NCBI GenBank assembly: GCA_030390025.1
Contig: CM059432.1
Coordinates: 123,692,001-123,756,000, forward strand
From: Squalus acanthias
Taxonomy: Eukaryota
Reading direction: 5' to 3'
Length of the DNA stretch: 64,000 bases
Below the pieces are notes generated by a model. The model did not search any database and was not told the DNA's origin. It worked only from the letters and a program-made list of their open reading frames with translations. The first letter of the stretch is position 1, and every line of letters starts with the position of its first letter. The translations under genes were made by a program, and so were the position numbers. Positions 24,185-36,987 of the stretch are shown here, one piece after another.

Positions 24185-26067
24185 AAGAAAGAGCTTACAT
24201 TAATGTAGCACCTTTCAGACCCTCAGGGCATCCTAAAGTGCTTTACTGTCAATAAAGTACATTTTTTGAAGTGTAGTTACTGTTGTACTGTAGGGAAATA
24301 ATGCAGCAGCCAATATACAGAGAGCAAGCCCCACAAACAGCAATTAAATAAATTACTAGACAAAGGAGTAGAGTTTCCACTAGATCCACATGAAATTGGC
24401 CAAACCAGTGCAAAGGATCGCGGAATTCCAAGTGCAAGTTATGTCCAGAGCAAATTTGTGATGGTTTAAAAATCATCGCACTGGAAGCACAAAACCAGCC
24501 ACGCCCTCAAATGGCATTAATCATGATGGCGAGTTTCTGCTAATTGCACCCTTTTGTGGCCCATCAAAGAGGCTTTTAAAATTAAGTTGTTTATTTTAGG
24601 CGCAAGGGCAAAATAGGCACCTTTTAAAACATTTTAAATATGAAAAAATATTTGATTTACTAAGAAGCTGACTACTGTACACCAATGAAACTAGTAAATA
24701 GTTCTGTATAGCTTTTTAAAGTCATTTTCAGTTATTTAAAACCAGGTTACTCACAGATAGTGGACGAGACACTCTAATTAAAAATGCTTATTTTTTGTGA
24801 TTAAACCCATTTTCAGCTGTATTAATAAAACTGTACCAGGTTACCACTCTTAAATACATCAAGGAATATTTTTTAATGCAAGGGGAAAAAAAATACATTC
24901 TAAAAGTCTGCCCGATTGCACTGGTTCATGGAAGATTGCGGCGTCTGAAATGACCCGCAAGTTCCGGATTTCGCGCAAAATCGGGAACTTGCGATCTGTC
25001 AAGGTACGTCTGAAAACTGAGTATTGCTGGCGTAGAGTTGGGCTATTTGCCCAGCGACTGGCCAGCAATTGCCCACGTAAGTCTGAGGGTTGAAGCAAGC
25101 AGGCTTCGGGCCTGCATCAGTGTAAGAACATAAGAGCAGGAGTAGGCCATTTGGCCCTTCGAGCCTGCTCCGCCAAAGGGTATAGATAAGGCTTAAATAA
25201 AACATTTAAAAATCCAAAATAATGCACATACACTTTAAATGAGTTTATGCAAATATTGGCCCGGATTACAGTTTTAATGTTGCTTAAAATTATTTATCAA
25301 AAAATTAAATTTTTATTGGGTTTGGTGCAATGAAGGAACTTATGAATAAAATTGCAATTCAGTACATTGTATAATTATTAGAATTCAGGACATTGTATAA
25401 TTATTTGGGGATTCCATTGCATATCATTAGGATATTCCCTTCGTAAATGATTGCAATGGAATCCTCCTTTGTCATTGGAGGACCTGGCCCATGTGATCCC
25501 AGGCACGCTTCCAAACTGTCCCTGGGATCCGTGGACCATTACGCTGCCATCCTCCTCGAGGCCCGAGGCCACAACTCTTCACAGCCTGGGCGCCAGGAAG
25601 TAATTTCGTAAATGTTTCGAGGGTCAGAGGAGTACTCCAGAGGTACGCCTCCAACCGCAATTTGTAGGCCTTTATGTTTGTGATTATGCAAATGAGTTTG
25701 AGCTGCAACTTGAACCATAACTTCACTTTGGAAAACCAGGGCAATTTTGAGCCCAATTTGCGCCCAGATTGCCGATTGCACTCAAAGCGGAAACTCTACC
25801 CCATTTGTTTTCCAGTGATGTTGCTTGAAGGATACATGTTGGCCAGGACACCTGGAGAACTCCCTTGCTCTTCTTCAAAAATTAACATGGGACGTGGGAT
25901 CTTTTATGTCTTCCTGAGAAGGCAAACGGGGCCCCGGTTTAACATCTCATCCCAAAGACAGCACCTCGAACTGTGCAGCCTAAATTATGCAGTCAAGTCT
26001 CTGGAGTCGGGCACGCACCCATGACCTTCTGACTCAGAGGTGAGAGTGCTACCACTGAGCCAAGGCT
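24185..26067 (-). mobile_element. Deu-domain tRNA SINE interrupted by a MITE
   Basis: 24185-24364 plus 25803-26067 align to the SINE at 46818-47260 (tRNA-like head GGCTCAGTGGTAGCAC, Deu-like core). Confidence 0.8.
24365..25802. mobile_element. Harbinger-type MITE, about 1.4 kb
   Basis: TIRs GGAGTAGAGTTTCC / GGAAACTCTACCCC. It interrupts a SINE. The TSD is degraded. Confidence 0.75.
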
Positions 26068-26403
26068 GGAAACCAAAGAAATACAATCTGAGCAGAACAA
26101 GCAAGATGATGGCCGGAATTTTCATTACCTGGGCGGTTTGGGTGTGGGCGGTCAGCGTGGCGGGTCAGAACCCCATTCTTCTTTTCATCCCGCTCCTCAG
26201 AGTGACTTTTCGTTAATAGGGCCTATTAAGGCAGGCCTGCGATTTCTCGGCCCTATTAAATGGTGCAGGTCTGATGACATCATCAATGACACATTTCCAG
26301 CGGGGATATTTAAAGCAGCCTTGGCCACATCGCATTTGAAGGTTCATCTAGGAGTGTGCAGGCAGTACATATCACCATCTGGTTATTGCTCAGCCTTGCA
26401 GAG

Positions 26404-28683
26404 ATGTCTTCACAGAGACAGAAGGCTGCACCCAGGTTTTCAGATGACTCCCTACATATTCTTGTGGAGGGAGTCAGAGCATGCAGGGAGGTCCTCTTCC
26501 CTGCTGATGAGCGGAAGAGACCTCCCCAGGAGACTAAAAGAGCCTGACTGCAAATTGCAGAGATGTGGTGAGGCAGACCTGGGTGCAGTGCCGGGAGTGC
26601 TTCAATGATCTGATGAGATCAGGAAAGGTGAGTGCAAAGCCACACTCACCATCATCCTGATGTGCCAGTCCCCACATCCCCATCACTCTGCCTTCCCAAG
26701 CCTACTCCTGCACATCATTCCTCACACCAACATACTTTGCCCGTCCACCCAACCCTCTCTCTCTATGGTGGCATAGTGGTTAGCACTGGTGCCTCACAGC
26801 GCCAGGGACCCGGGTTCGAATCTGACCTAGGGTGACTGTCTGTGTGGAGTTTGCACATTCTCCCCGTGTCTGCGTGGGTTTCCTCCGGGTGCTCCGGTTT
26901 CCTCCCACAGTCCAAAAATGTGCGGGTTAGGTTGATTTGGCTATGATAAATTGACCCTTAGTGTTAGGGGGGGATTAAATATGTGGGGTTATGGGGATAG
27001 GATGGGATATGTTAGGGGGAATTAAATACGTGGGGTTACGGGGGTAGGGTGGGATATGTGTACTGTGGGGATTAAAGCAGGGACAGGGTACTGGATTTGG
27101 ATGATCAGCCATGATCGTATTGAATGGTGGAGCAGGCTCGACGGGCCGAATGGCCTACTCCTGCTCCTAGATTCTATGTTTCTATGTTTCTATGTACATA
27201 CTCACATCCCCCTCTGACTAACCCACCCCTCACACTCACCCTCAGCTTAATGTAATCATACCAACTAACATCACACAAGGAGGCCATTTGGCATTGGCAC
27301 CACACTTCCTCATAGTCACCCTCTACAGACGTAACCCACATATTCCTTACACCAGTGCCATCACTCTCACTCAAACTTCTCTTCTTTCCCTCCTTGCAGG
27401 AGATGAGAGCCCACAATAACAGGGAGAGGGAGAGAACCAGGGGTGGCTCTCCATCCTTTACCACTTTGACAGCAGCAGAGGAGGTGGCCCTGGAGGTCTC
27501 AGGAGTTGCGGAGCAGCTGGCGGTGGGAGATGGAGAGAGGGGGACACCTCAGCAACCTGGTGACAGAATTACATCTCATACAGTCACATGGCATCCAGCA
27601 GTCACTCATATGGGGACTGATATCAGCAGCCAGTGAATATTCATCATGTGCATAATGGTATCGTTACCCATTCTTAATATGGCATATCTAACTCATCTCT
27701 TTACTCTCCCACAGGTCCATCAAGAGCACCCCCCACTGTCCAGGAGCAAGAGGAAGACGACTCCTCAGAAAAGCCTCCAGCCTCTGAGGGCGCACCGTCA
27801 CCAGACCTAAGTGAACCCAGCACCAGCACAGAGACGCACACCTTGGTGGGTCCTATGCGAGATAGAGTAGTGTTGACACCTGGTGTCTCACAAGTCACAA
27901 GTGAGCAAGAGGAGATGGTGGAGACAGGGCCAGCAGTGGAGACTCCTCGCCGGAGGGTGCAGGATGCTCCCAGTCTGTTCAGCTGCATACAGACGCTGAG
28001 CCTCGGGGGCCATCGAGAAAGAGGCCGATCCCGAAGGAGCAGGAAGAAGTGCAGGAGGCTCTGATAGGTTTTGCAACTGCGATGTCTGCAAATGTGCAGA
28101 GAATGGAGGAGTCCATCTCCAACATGAGCACCGCCATGTCACAGGCGATGGCGACTGTAGGCTCTTCCATGGAAAGGATGGTCACCTGCATGGGCAGCTG
28201 ACGTGTCACTCACACGAGCACATGCTATCTATGGCAAACAGATGGCAGAGGCTCATAGACCTCCTCTCTAGGAGGGATGTCAACATAGACTTGGGTCCTC
28301 ATGGCCCCACTGCTGTGCAGGAAGGTGCTCTCCAGCTCCTTGTTAACAGGAAAGTGCGGGTGGCCCGTGAGAGGGATGATGGTGAGAGGGGAGAGGGAAG
28401 TGTGGGCTCCTCTCAAAGTGCTCATACTTCTCCCCCATTGCCTCCCCCTCAGTCAGAGCCCCAGATGCCTCCTGGGATCGCGATGGCCAAGTCTGCCCCT
28501 GCACAGTCGCAGGAGGAGCAGACTTTGGCGGGGCCATCACAGGCTTTAAAACCCAGAGGGCTTCTGCCAAAAATGTCTACGCAGTCGCAGCAGGGAAGTG
28601 AGCAGGCTGCCGCTACCTCTGCTTAAGCCACAGGAGTTGCACCTCGTAGAAGCACGCGTAAGTGAAAGATGAGACAGAAGTAA
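26404..28683 (+). pseudogene. Harbinger Myb/SANT partner pseudogene (exons about 26404-26627, 27400-27559, 27715-28683)
   Basis: MSSQRQKAAPRFSDDSL..., EMRAHNNRERERTRGG and the C-terminal PRRSTRK are homologous to 12465-14388. Multiple stops and deletions. Confidence 0.85.
26767..27195 (+). mobile_element. V-SINE (HE1-like) in Myb intron 1
   Basis: tRNA head GGCATAGTGGTTAGCAC...GGTTCGAATC, V-domain, CR1-like tail with (TTCTATGT)n. Confidence 0.92.
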
Positions 28684-28984
28684 ATACAAAGGGTAAGCAT
28701 ATGGATGTTTAAAGAAGTGTTTTTGTTAAGGTTCCATTACTGTTATGTCATATATAAAACTATTTATTTTCCCCACTTTCCGGTCATGCCCATTTTTGTA
28801 TGCTACTTTGGAAGTGGCTTTGTGAGTTGGAGTGAATGGTGAGACATAACGTTACCTCCAGAAATGGGGGTCAGTGTGAAAGGAATGGCTTGGTCATTGT
28901 AGGGATGCTCTATGGTGTTGTTGGTGGGGGGGGGAACGTGGCACAGCATGTGACAGCCATTTGGGTGTAATGCAGGAAGTTAAG

Positions 28985-30196
28985 TAAATCTGCCATGATG
29001 AGGCCATCCCTGGCTTCCCGGGCAGCAATGTGCTCGGGTGGCATCTGGACCACAGGTTCCTCCTGCTCCTCCTTGTCTTCCAGCTGATGCTCCTCCTCAG
29101 AAGAAGAAGAGGCTGTGCACTCTGCACCTTTCTCCTCATGCAGCGCTAATCCTCGCTGCTGCGCAATGTTGTGCAGGGCGCAGCAGACGATGACGATTCT
29201 GGAGACCCTGGCTGGTGCGTACTGAAGGGCTCCTCCAGATCTGTCAAGGCATCTGAAGCGCATTGTCAGCATGCCTATTGTTTGCTTTATGACAAATCTG
29301 GTGGAAATGTGGCTTTCATTATATCTCTCCTTAGCCTCAGTACTTGGCCTCCTCAAGGGTGTCCTGACCAATGTCTTCAGTGGATAGCCCTTGTCTCCAA
29401 GCAGCTAGCCAGTAAGTGTGTTTAGCAGTGTGAAGAGCTGAGGGAAGGTGGACTGCTGCTGGATGAAAGAGTCATGACAGCTGCCAGGGAATTTGGCGCA
29501 CACATGCATGATGATCTTCCTATGGTTGCAGACAAGCTGCACATTGAGGGAGTGGAAGCCCTTGTGGTTGACTCCTGGTTTGTGATGGGGTGCCCTGATG
29601 GCCACATGTGTGCAGTCGATGATGCCCTGCACCCGTGGGAAGCCAGCCAGAGCGGCAAAACCCAGCGCTCACCCAGTAGCACTAGCATAATCAGTGGCAA
29701 AGTTGATATAATAGGCTGACTGGTCAAAGTGGGCATTGGTGACCTGTGTGATGCATCTGTGGGCGGCCGACTGCGAGATGCCGCAAATGTCTGCAGCAGA
29801 TCCCTGGAAGGAGCCTGAGGTGAAGAAGTTGAGGATGGTGGTGACTTTGACAGCCAGTGGTAAGGTATGTCCACCCGATCCTCTGGGCTGCAGGTCTTTC
29901 TCCAGCAAGTTGCAAATGTCTGCGACGACCTGGCACAATAGCCTGAGCCTCCTTTGGCACTGCTGCTCAGTCATGTTGAGGAAGCTCATCCTCTGCCTGT
30001 ATACCCTGTGTTGTGGGTATCGCCTCCGGTGCGGTGCAGCCCTGCACTGATGCCCTCTGCCCTGTGCAGCATCAGGTTGTTGAGGAGAAAGTTGTTGGTG
30101 TTGCTTTTGCTGCTGCTGTGCCTGCTGCTGCTTGTGTTGGGGCTCATCCTGGTCTGATTCTGAGAACCAAGGTGAGACAGTATAAATGGCACCCAT
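28985..30196 (-). pseudogene. Harbinger transposase pseudogene
   Basis: [11 protein letters not shown]-rich..[33 protein letters not shown] and [10 protein letters not shown] motifs, with stops and small deletions. Confidence 0.92.
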
Positions 30197-30532
30197 GCTG
30201 ATGTAATAGATGGCAGGTCAAGTAGAGATCAGAGAAGCAATCTGTCAATGGTGTGATAGTAGCAATGAGGTGAGAGTGGCTTCGAATTTGCAGAAAAGAC
30301 TTGCAAACTCTAGACACCTAAATCTGTGCTCAAAATCCACTCAGCAAGAGGCTTTCCCTTCAGCAAGTAAGCAGGTGTCATGTGGGATTATTTATTGTGC
30401 TTTCTATGCTCTGCAGTAATGACTGACTTCTGCCTCAGCTTGACAGATGTGGTTCCCGAGCTGTGTGATTCCCGTGGTCTTGCAGTTAAATTCAAAAGGT
30501 CTGGTTAAAAACAGTTAAGGGTCTGACAACAA

Positions 30533-31656
30533 GTAAAAGCCCATGGAATCCAAGGCAAAGTGGCAAGTTGGATCCAAAATTGGCTCAGAGGCAGGAAACA
30601 AAGGGTAATGGTCGAAGGGTGTTTTTGTGACTGGAAGGCTGTTTCCAGTGGGGTTCCGCAGGGCTCAGTATTGGGTCCCCTGCTTTTTGTGGTATATATC
30701 AATGATTTGGACTTCAATGTAGGAAGTATGATTAAGAAGTTTGCAGATGATACAAAAATTGGTCGTGTGGTTGATAATGAAGAAGAAGGCTGCAGACTGC
30801 AGGAAGATATCAATGGACAAGTCAGGTGGGCAGAACAGTGGCAAATGGAATTCAATCTGGAGAAGTGTGAGGTAATGCATTTGGGGAGGGCTAACAAGGC
30901 AAGGGAATACACTATAAATGGTAGGACACTGAGAAGTACAGAAGATCAGAGAGACCTTGGAGTGCATGTCCACAGGTCTCTGAAGATAGCAGGACAGGTA
31001 GATAAGGTGGTTAAGAAGGCATACGGAATACTTGCCTTTATTAGCCGAGGTATAGAATATAAGAGCAGGGAGGTTATGCTTGAACTGTATAAAACACTAG
31101 TTAGGCCGCAGCTAGAATATTGAGTGCAGTTCTGGTCACCACATTACAGGAAGGATGTGATTGCACTAGAGGGGGTGCAGAGGAGATTTATGAGGATGTT
31201 GCCTGGGCTGGGAATTTTAGCTATGAGGAAAGATTGGATAGGCTGGGGTTATTTTCTTTGAAACAGAGGAGGCTGAGGGGAGACCTAATTGAGGTGTATA
31301 AAATTATGAGGGTCCTAGATAGCGTGGACAGGAAGGACCTATTTCCCTTAGCAGAGGGGTCAATAACCATAGATTTAAAGTAATTGGTAGGAGGTTTAGA
31401 GGGGATTTGAGGAGAAGTTTTTTCACCCAGAGGGTGGTGGGGGTCTGGAACTCACTGCCTGAAAGGATGGTAGAGGCAGAGACTTTCATCAGATTTAAAA
31501 AGTACTTGGATATTCACTTGAAGTGCCGTAACCTACAAGGCTACGGACCAAGTGCTGGAAAGTGGGATTAGGGTGGATAGCTCTTTGTCGGCCGGCGCGG
31601 ACAAGATGGGCTGAATGGCCTCCTTCTGTGCTGTAAATTTCTATGATTCTATGATT
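30533..31656 (+). mobile_element. CR1 LINE 3' fragment (RT core to tail)
   Basis: GVPQGSVLGPLLF, KFADDTK and DLGV motifs, with a (TTCTATGA)n tail. Confidence 0.95.
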
Positions 31657-32816
31657 AATAAGCTGAATTAGGTCACCCGCCTCTGCCGTTTGGGTCCGTG
31701 CCACACTGGCAAATGTGCCTGAATTAAAGGTGCGAGGATGACGGCCGGGTCCCGACACGCTCCCATTTATTGCGAATTTTAATCCTGACCCACCTTCAAT
31801 CCCACACGCACGGAAGTGTGAAAATTCCAGCCAATGTTTCTTTTCCTGTTCAGTCTCTGAGAAAACATGTTGCTCCAAGGATCAGTCCTGAAAGAGCCCT
31901 GAAGGAACATGCCCAATAAACAAGATCGCTTGCCGGGTAGCTCTGGACTTCAAACTCCTAAATCTTCTGCCTTGAATTCAAACACTCATCTATTCAAACA
32001 TCCTGGAAGGTCCACATACCAGCAAATGTTTTCATTTCTATATGCCATTTGATATGATCCTACTCTTAATAAGCATAACAATGGCTCTGTAAATCTGCAT
32101 AGGAGCAGCCCAGCTTAAATGCCGGGGTGTGCCTGTGTGCAGCCACTGCTGCTGACCCTGAAGTTCGTAGGATCAGAGGGTGGGGTCAGTTGGTGAGGCC
32201 AGGAGAAGTGGCCCTATGGCAGTGTGGGTACACAGCTGTGACGCCTTCCTCACAAAGACCACACCAGAAACACCAGTGGTAACCAGCCAACTCATGGGAT
32301 GGGAGATGCTGGATTTCCTCCCCGAAGAACAATCTATATGCCCCCACGGCCCTCTTACAAAGGGGATGCTTCATACACTCCCCGAAAAAACTCTGGGCCC
32401 TTCATCTTCGGGTCTCCAGATCCCATCCCCGGCCTAGACCCCTATGTAGACCCCATTTCAGCCCCTTGCAATCAGGTACACCTAGCGACACCTTAGAGTA
32501 TCTACGCCAATCAAAAGTCAGGTCCTGACTGAGGGCCCAGGAGTGGGAACTCCAGACTTAGGGAGGCCCAGCCCTGCTGCCCCCTTACATCAATAGCTTT
32601 GAAAGAGCAGGTGGAATCTTTGACCTGACAGGACCATTCTGGAAATATTGGAGGCCACAAACTCCCTTGAAAAAATCTCCAATCATTTCTTTGAGACCGG
32701 CATTGGTTTCAATGGGGCCAAAAACATACACAAATTTCGTTCTCTCCAGTTTTTCTCCCTCATCTCCTGAAGGCAGTGACTTGTGCTATAGTACAATTTG
32801 ATATCTTTGATGAGTT

Positions 32817-33270
32817 TTGTGCTCACTGACCTACATTGGATCCCGGTTGAGCAACACCTCGATTTCAAAATTCTCATCCTTGCTTTCAAATCCCTCCATG
32901 GCCTCGCCCCTCCCTATCTCTATAATCTCCTTCAGCCCCACAACCCTCCGAGATATCTGCACTCCTCTAATTCTGCCCTCTTGAGCATCCCTGATTATAA
33001 TTGCTCAACAATTGGTGGCCGTGCCTTCTGTTGCCTGGGCCCTAAGCTCTGGAATTCCCTCCCTAAACCTCTCTGCCTCTCTACCTCTCTTTCCTCCTTT
33101 AAGACGCTCCTTAAAACCTACCTCTTTGATCATGCTTTGGGTCACCTGCCCTAATTTATCCTTATGTGGCTCGGTGTCAAATTTTTTGTCTTATAATACT
33201 CCTGTGAAGCGCCTTGGGACGTTTTACTATGTTAAAGGTGCTATATAAATACAAGTTGTTGTTGTTGTTG
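32817..33270 (+). mobile_element. L2-type LINE 3' end
   Basis: LHWIPV...FKIL...AP.YL...GGRAF...LWNSLP...FK..LKTYLF with a (TTG)n tail. Further copies at 35535-35760(-), 45970-46406 and 49040-49327. Confidence 0.88.
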
Positions 33271-33581
33271 GTTTCATTCCACATTTTCCATTTACTTACT
33301 TTTTTTTTGCTTGACAGCCTCAAGTTCTAGGAAACATCATATGTTCTTGCTTAAGAATTATCTCTGTCATTGGAGTGAGCATTGCATTGGATTTAAGCTA
33401 CTGATGTCATTCACCTAGCTCTTTCCTAAGCCACTGACACCAGTTTTCCCCCTCTCCCTGACCCGACCACTACTCCCTGCTACCTGTAATAAAAAGAGAA
33501 GCCCTGCAGTCAAACCAAGTCCCTCCTCCTATTTCCGCACCTCCATTCTTTATACCCGTACTTGTTTCTCCTGTTTACTAA

Positions 33582-35165
33582 GGAGATGGATGCTGACAAA
33601 ATATCGGTAGAAGTGAAAAAGGTAGAAGCAATGGAAGGGGTGAAAATTGAGAGACAGGATGTACGAGAAAGGCTGGGTATGCTTAAAGAGGATAAGTTGC
33701 CTGGTCCAGATGGCTTGCATCCCAGGTTGCTAAGGGAATTGGAGGAGGAGATAGCGGAAGGGCTTGCCATAATTTTCCAATCTTCCCTAGATGCAGGGGA
33801 GGTGCCTGAGGATTTGAAAGTAGCAAATGTGACACCATTGTTCAAGAAAGGATGTAAGGACAATCCTAGTAGCTACAGGCCAATCAGTTTAACATCAGTG
33901 GTGGGTAAAGTTTTAGAAACAATAATCGAGGAAAAAAATTAACGGGCACTTGGAGAAGTTTAAGCTAATTAAGGAGAGCCAACACGGATTTGTAAAACGC
34001 AAATCGTTTTTGACTAATCTAATTGAATTTTTTGATGAAGTAACAGAGAGGATTGATGAAGGGAATGCAATAGATGTTTTTTACATGGATTTTAGGAAGG
34101 CGTTTGACAAAGTACCACATAGAAGGCTGGTTAACAAAATTGAGGCTCATGGAATAGCTGGGTCAGTGGCAGCTTGGATAAGGAATTGGCTTAAGGACAG
34201 AAAACAGCGAGTTGTGGTAAATGGCTGTTTTTCAGACTGGAGGATGGTAGATAGTGGTGTTCCCCAAGGGCCACTGCTTTTTTTGATATATATAAATGAC
34301 CTGATATTGGAATACAGAGTAGAATTTCTAAATTTGCCGATGACACCAAACTTGGGGGTGTGGCAAACAGTGATGATGATATCAATCGACTGCAACAGGA
34401 CATGGAAAGGCTAGCAGAATGGGCAGACAAGTGGCAGATCGAATTTAATACAGAGAAGTGTGAGGTGATGCATTTTGGCAGAAGGAACAGGGAGAGGCAA
34501 TATATACTTAATGGCACAGTTTTAAAGAGTGTGCAGGGACAGAGGGACCTGGGAATTAATGTGCATAGGTCCCTGAAGGTGGCGGGACATAATGAGAGAG
34601 TGGTTAACAAAGCATATGGGATCTTGGGCTTCATAAAGTAGAGAAGTTATGTTGAACCTTTATAAAGCGCTGGCTAGGCCACAACTGGAGTATTGCGCCC
34701 AGTTCTGGTCACCACACTTTTGGAAGGATGTGAAGGCCCTTGAGAGGGTGCAGAGGAGATTTACCAGAATGCTTCTGGGGATGGGGGATCTTAGCTACAA
34801 GGACAGGTTGAAGAAGCTGGATCTGTTTTCATTAGAGCAAAGGAGGTTGAGGGGTGATTTGATAGAGGTGTACAAGATTATGACGGGTTTGGATAGGCTA
34901 GACTGGGAAAGGCTGTTCCCACTAGTTGATGGTACAAGCACTAGGGGACACAGATTTAAGGTTTTGGGCAAGAGATACAGGCGGGACGTGAGGAAAAACT
35001 TTTTTACGCAGCGAGTGGTGACGACCTGGAATTCGCTGCCGACAGAATTGGTGGAAGCGGAGACACTCAATGTTTTCAAGGGGAGACTGGATAGGCACTT
35101 GAGGGAAATAAACTTGCAGGGCAATGGGGATAGAGCGGTGGTATGGGACTGACTGGATTGCTCTA
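33582..35165 (+). mobile_element. CR1 LINE ORF2 RT fragment with frameshifts
   Basis: PGPDGLHPRLL, YRPISLTS, QHGF, DFRKAFDKV, GVPQG and FADDTK motifs. Confidence 0.95.
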
Positions 35166-35799
35166 CAAATTCAGCAGCTCTCTGGTGTTAGCGAGCCCTG
35201 TAGTGCCCCACTGAGGACATTAGCGCTTGATTTAGCGCCACTCCCTTCCTGGGGCGATGTCAGGGAATTTAGGTGAGGCCCAGAATCATTAGCACCAGGG
35301 CGCTAACTTTTCAAACTTTTTGCAGTTAGCGCCCCAACTGGCCCTCATGGGCAATTTTGCCCCCTATGAGTATTGCACTTGCCTCATCTTCTTCTTAAGG
35401 AGCCACATTCCTCTTCCACCATCCTGATGCTATCCTATGCTTCCTGCAGTAGGTTGTATGGAGACCATCACAGTGTTGGTTTTAGATTGATTTGTGCTTG
35501 GAGGAGCTTAAGTGAACAGTACAAACGAGCCCAACACAACAGCAGCTTGCATTTATATAGCGCCTTTGACGTAGGAAAACATCTCAAGGCGCTTCACAGG
35601 AGCATATTCAGAAAACAAATTTGATACTGAGGCAAAGAAGGAGACATTAGGAAGGCTGACTGAAAGATTGGCCAAAGAGCTATTTTTTTTTAAGCAGGGT
35701 CTTAAAGGAGGAGAGAGAGGTGATGAGGCGGAGAGGGTCAGGGAGGGAATTCCAGAGCTTAGCGGTGGGCTGAATGGAATGGAACACCTTATAAAGTAT

Positions 35800-36428
35800 T
35801 GCATCAAAGGGGCTGGAATACAAAGGGGTGGAAGTTATGTTACAGTTATATAAAGCTCTGGTTAGACCGCATTTAGAGTACTGCATTCAGTTCTGGGCAC
35901 CGCACCTCAGGAAGGATATATTGGCCTTGGAAGAGGTGCAATGCAGATTCATCAGAATGATACCGGGGCTAAAGGGGTTAAATTATGAGGACAGGTTGCA
36001 TAGACTAGGCTTGTATTCCCTTGAGTGTAGTAGATTAAGGGGTGAACTAATTGAGGTGTTTAAGATGATTAAAGGATTTGATAGGATAGATAGAGAGAAA
36101 CTATTTCCTCTGGTGGGGAGTCCAGAACAATGGGGCACAACCTTAAAATTAGAGCTCAGGCCAATAAGGGGTGATGTCAGGAAGCATTGCTTCACAAAAA
36201 GGGTAGTAGAAATCTGGATTTCTCTCCCCCAAAAAGCTGTTGAGGCTAGGGGGTAAACTGAGAATTTCACAACTGAGATTGATAGATTTTTATTAGGCAA
36301 GGGTATTAAGGGTTACGGAACCAAGACGGATAGATGAAGTTAAGTTACAGATCAGGTATGATCACATTGAATGGTGCAACAGGCTCGAGGGGCTGAATGG
36401 CCTATTCCTGTTCATGTGTTCCTATATT
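35800..36428 (+). mobile_element. CR1 LINE 3' fragment
   Basis: LYKALVRPHLEYC...IEVFKM..., followed by the CR1 3' UTR. Confidence 0.92.
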
Positions 36429-36987
36429 AATATGTTCCTATCATTAGAAAAGTCTCAAACCTAAGCAAAATGGATACTGCAACTCCTTATTTCAATGAAA
36501 AAATGAAGTTCAAACCCATCAATAAAACATAGATTACATAAAAATCCTTTCTTAGGATTGATCATCTCGCTCTGGTAATTAAGTAGATGTTTTCTCATTT
36601 TTCCTGCGATCCCTGCCGGGAACAGTCATGCGTATCATGCTAAAAGTGCTTTGCACCTGCGGAAGGACCAATGTGGGCACATTTTCTGGCCCAGTAGCGT
36701 GGTAGAGTTTCCTCCTCCGGTCGCAGGCCTGCCCTCTGACAGGGTATTGCACTGGGAATGGGGGTGGCGGGAGGGAGGGCGGGTGTGGAAGGGCAGAAAC
36801 TGGAGCTCAGCTGGCCTGCAGCTGGCCACTGACATTGGAGACTTCTGGTAAATGGTTCCAAAGCCTGAAGATCATACTAAAGGCAAAAAAAAAAAATAAC
36901 TTGCCTGCAACCAGCATCTGCCGTTGGGGCTTTTCTGGGACCCCTGCAAACACTCTGGCCTTCAGGGGATCCTGGCACAAACCCTAC

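Larger units (their letters stand above)
26111..31832. mobile_element. Decayed full-length Harbinger (opposite orientation) with nested SINE and CR1
   Basis: TIRs GGCCGGAATTTTCA / TGAAAATTCCAGCC (13/14), flanks GAT/AAT. Both genes are present. Confidence 0.93.

Noticed and set aside
26767..26835. tRNA gene
   Set aside because: It is the tRNA-derived head of a SINE, continuous with the V-domain and tail. The same applies to 8620-8690 and 47185-47260.
36835..36987. N-terminal part of the 474-aa ORF
   Set aside because: It lies outside the TSD-bounded element, starts at TTG and is chance open flanking sequence.
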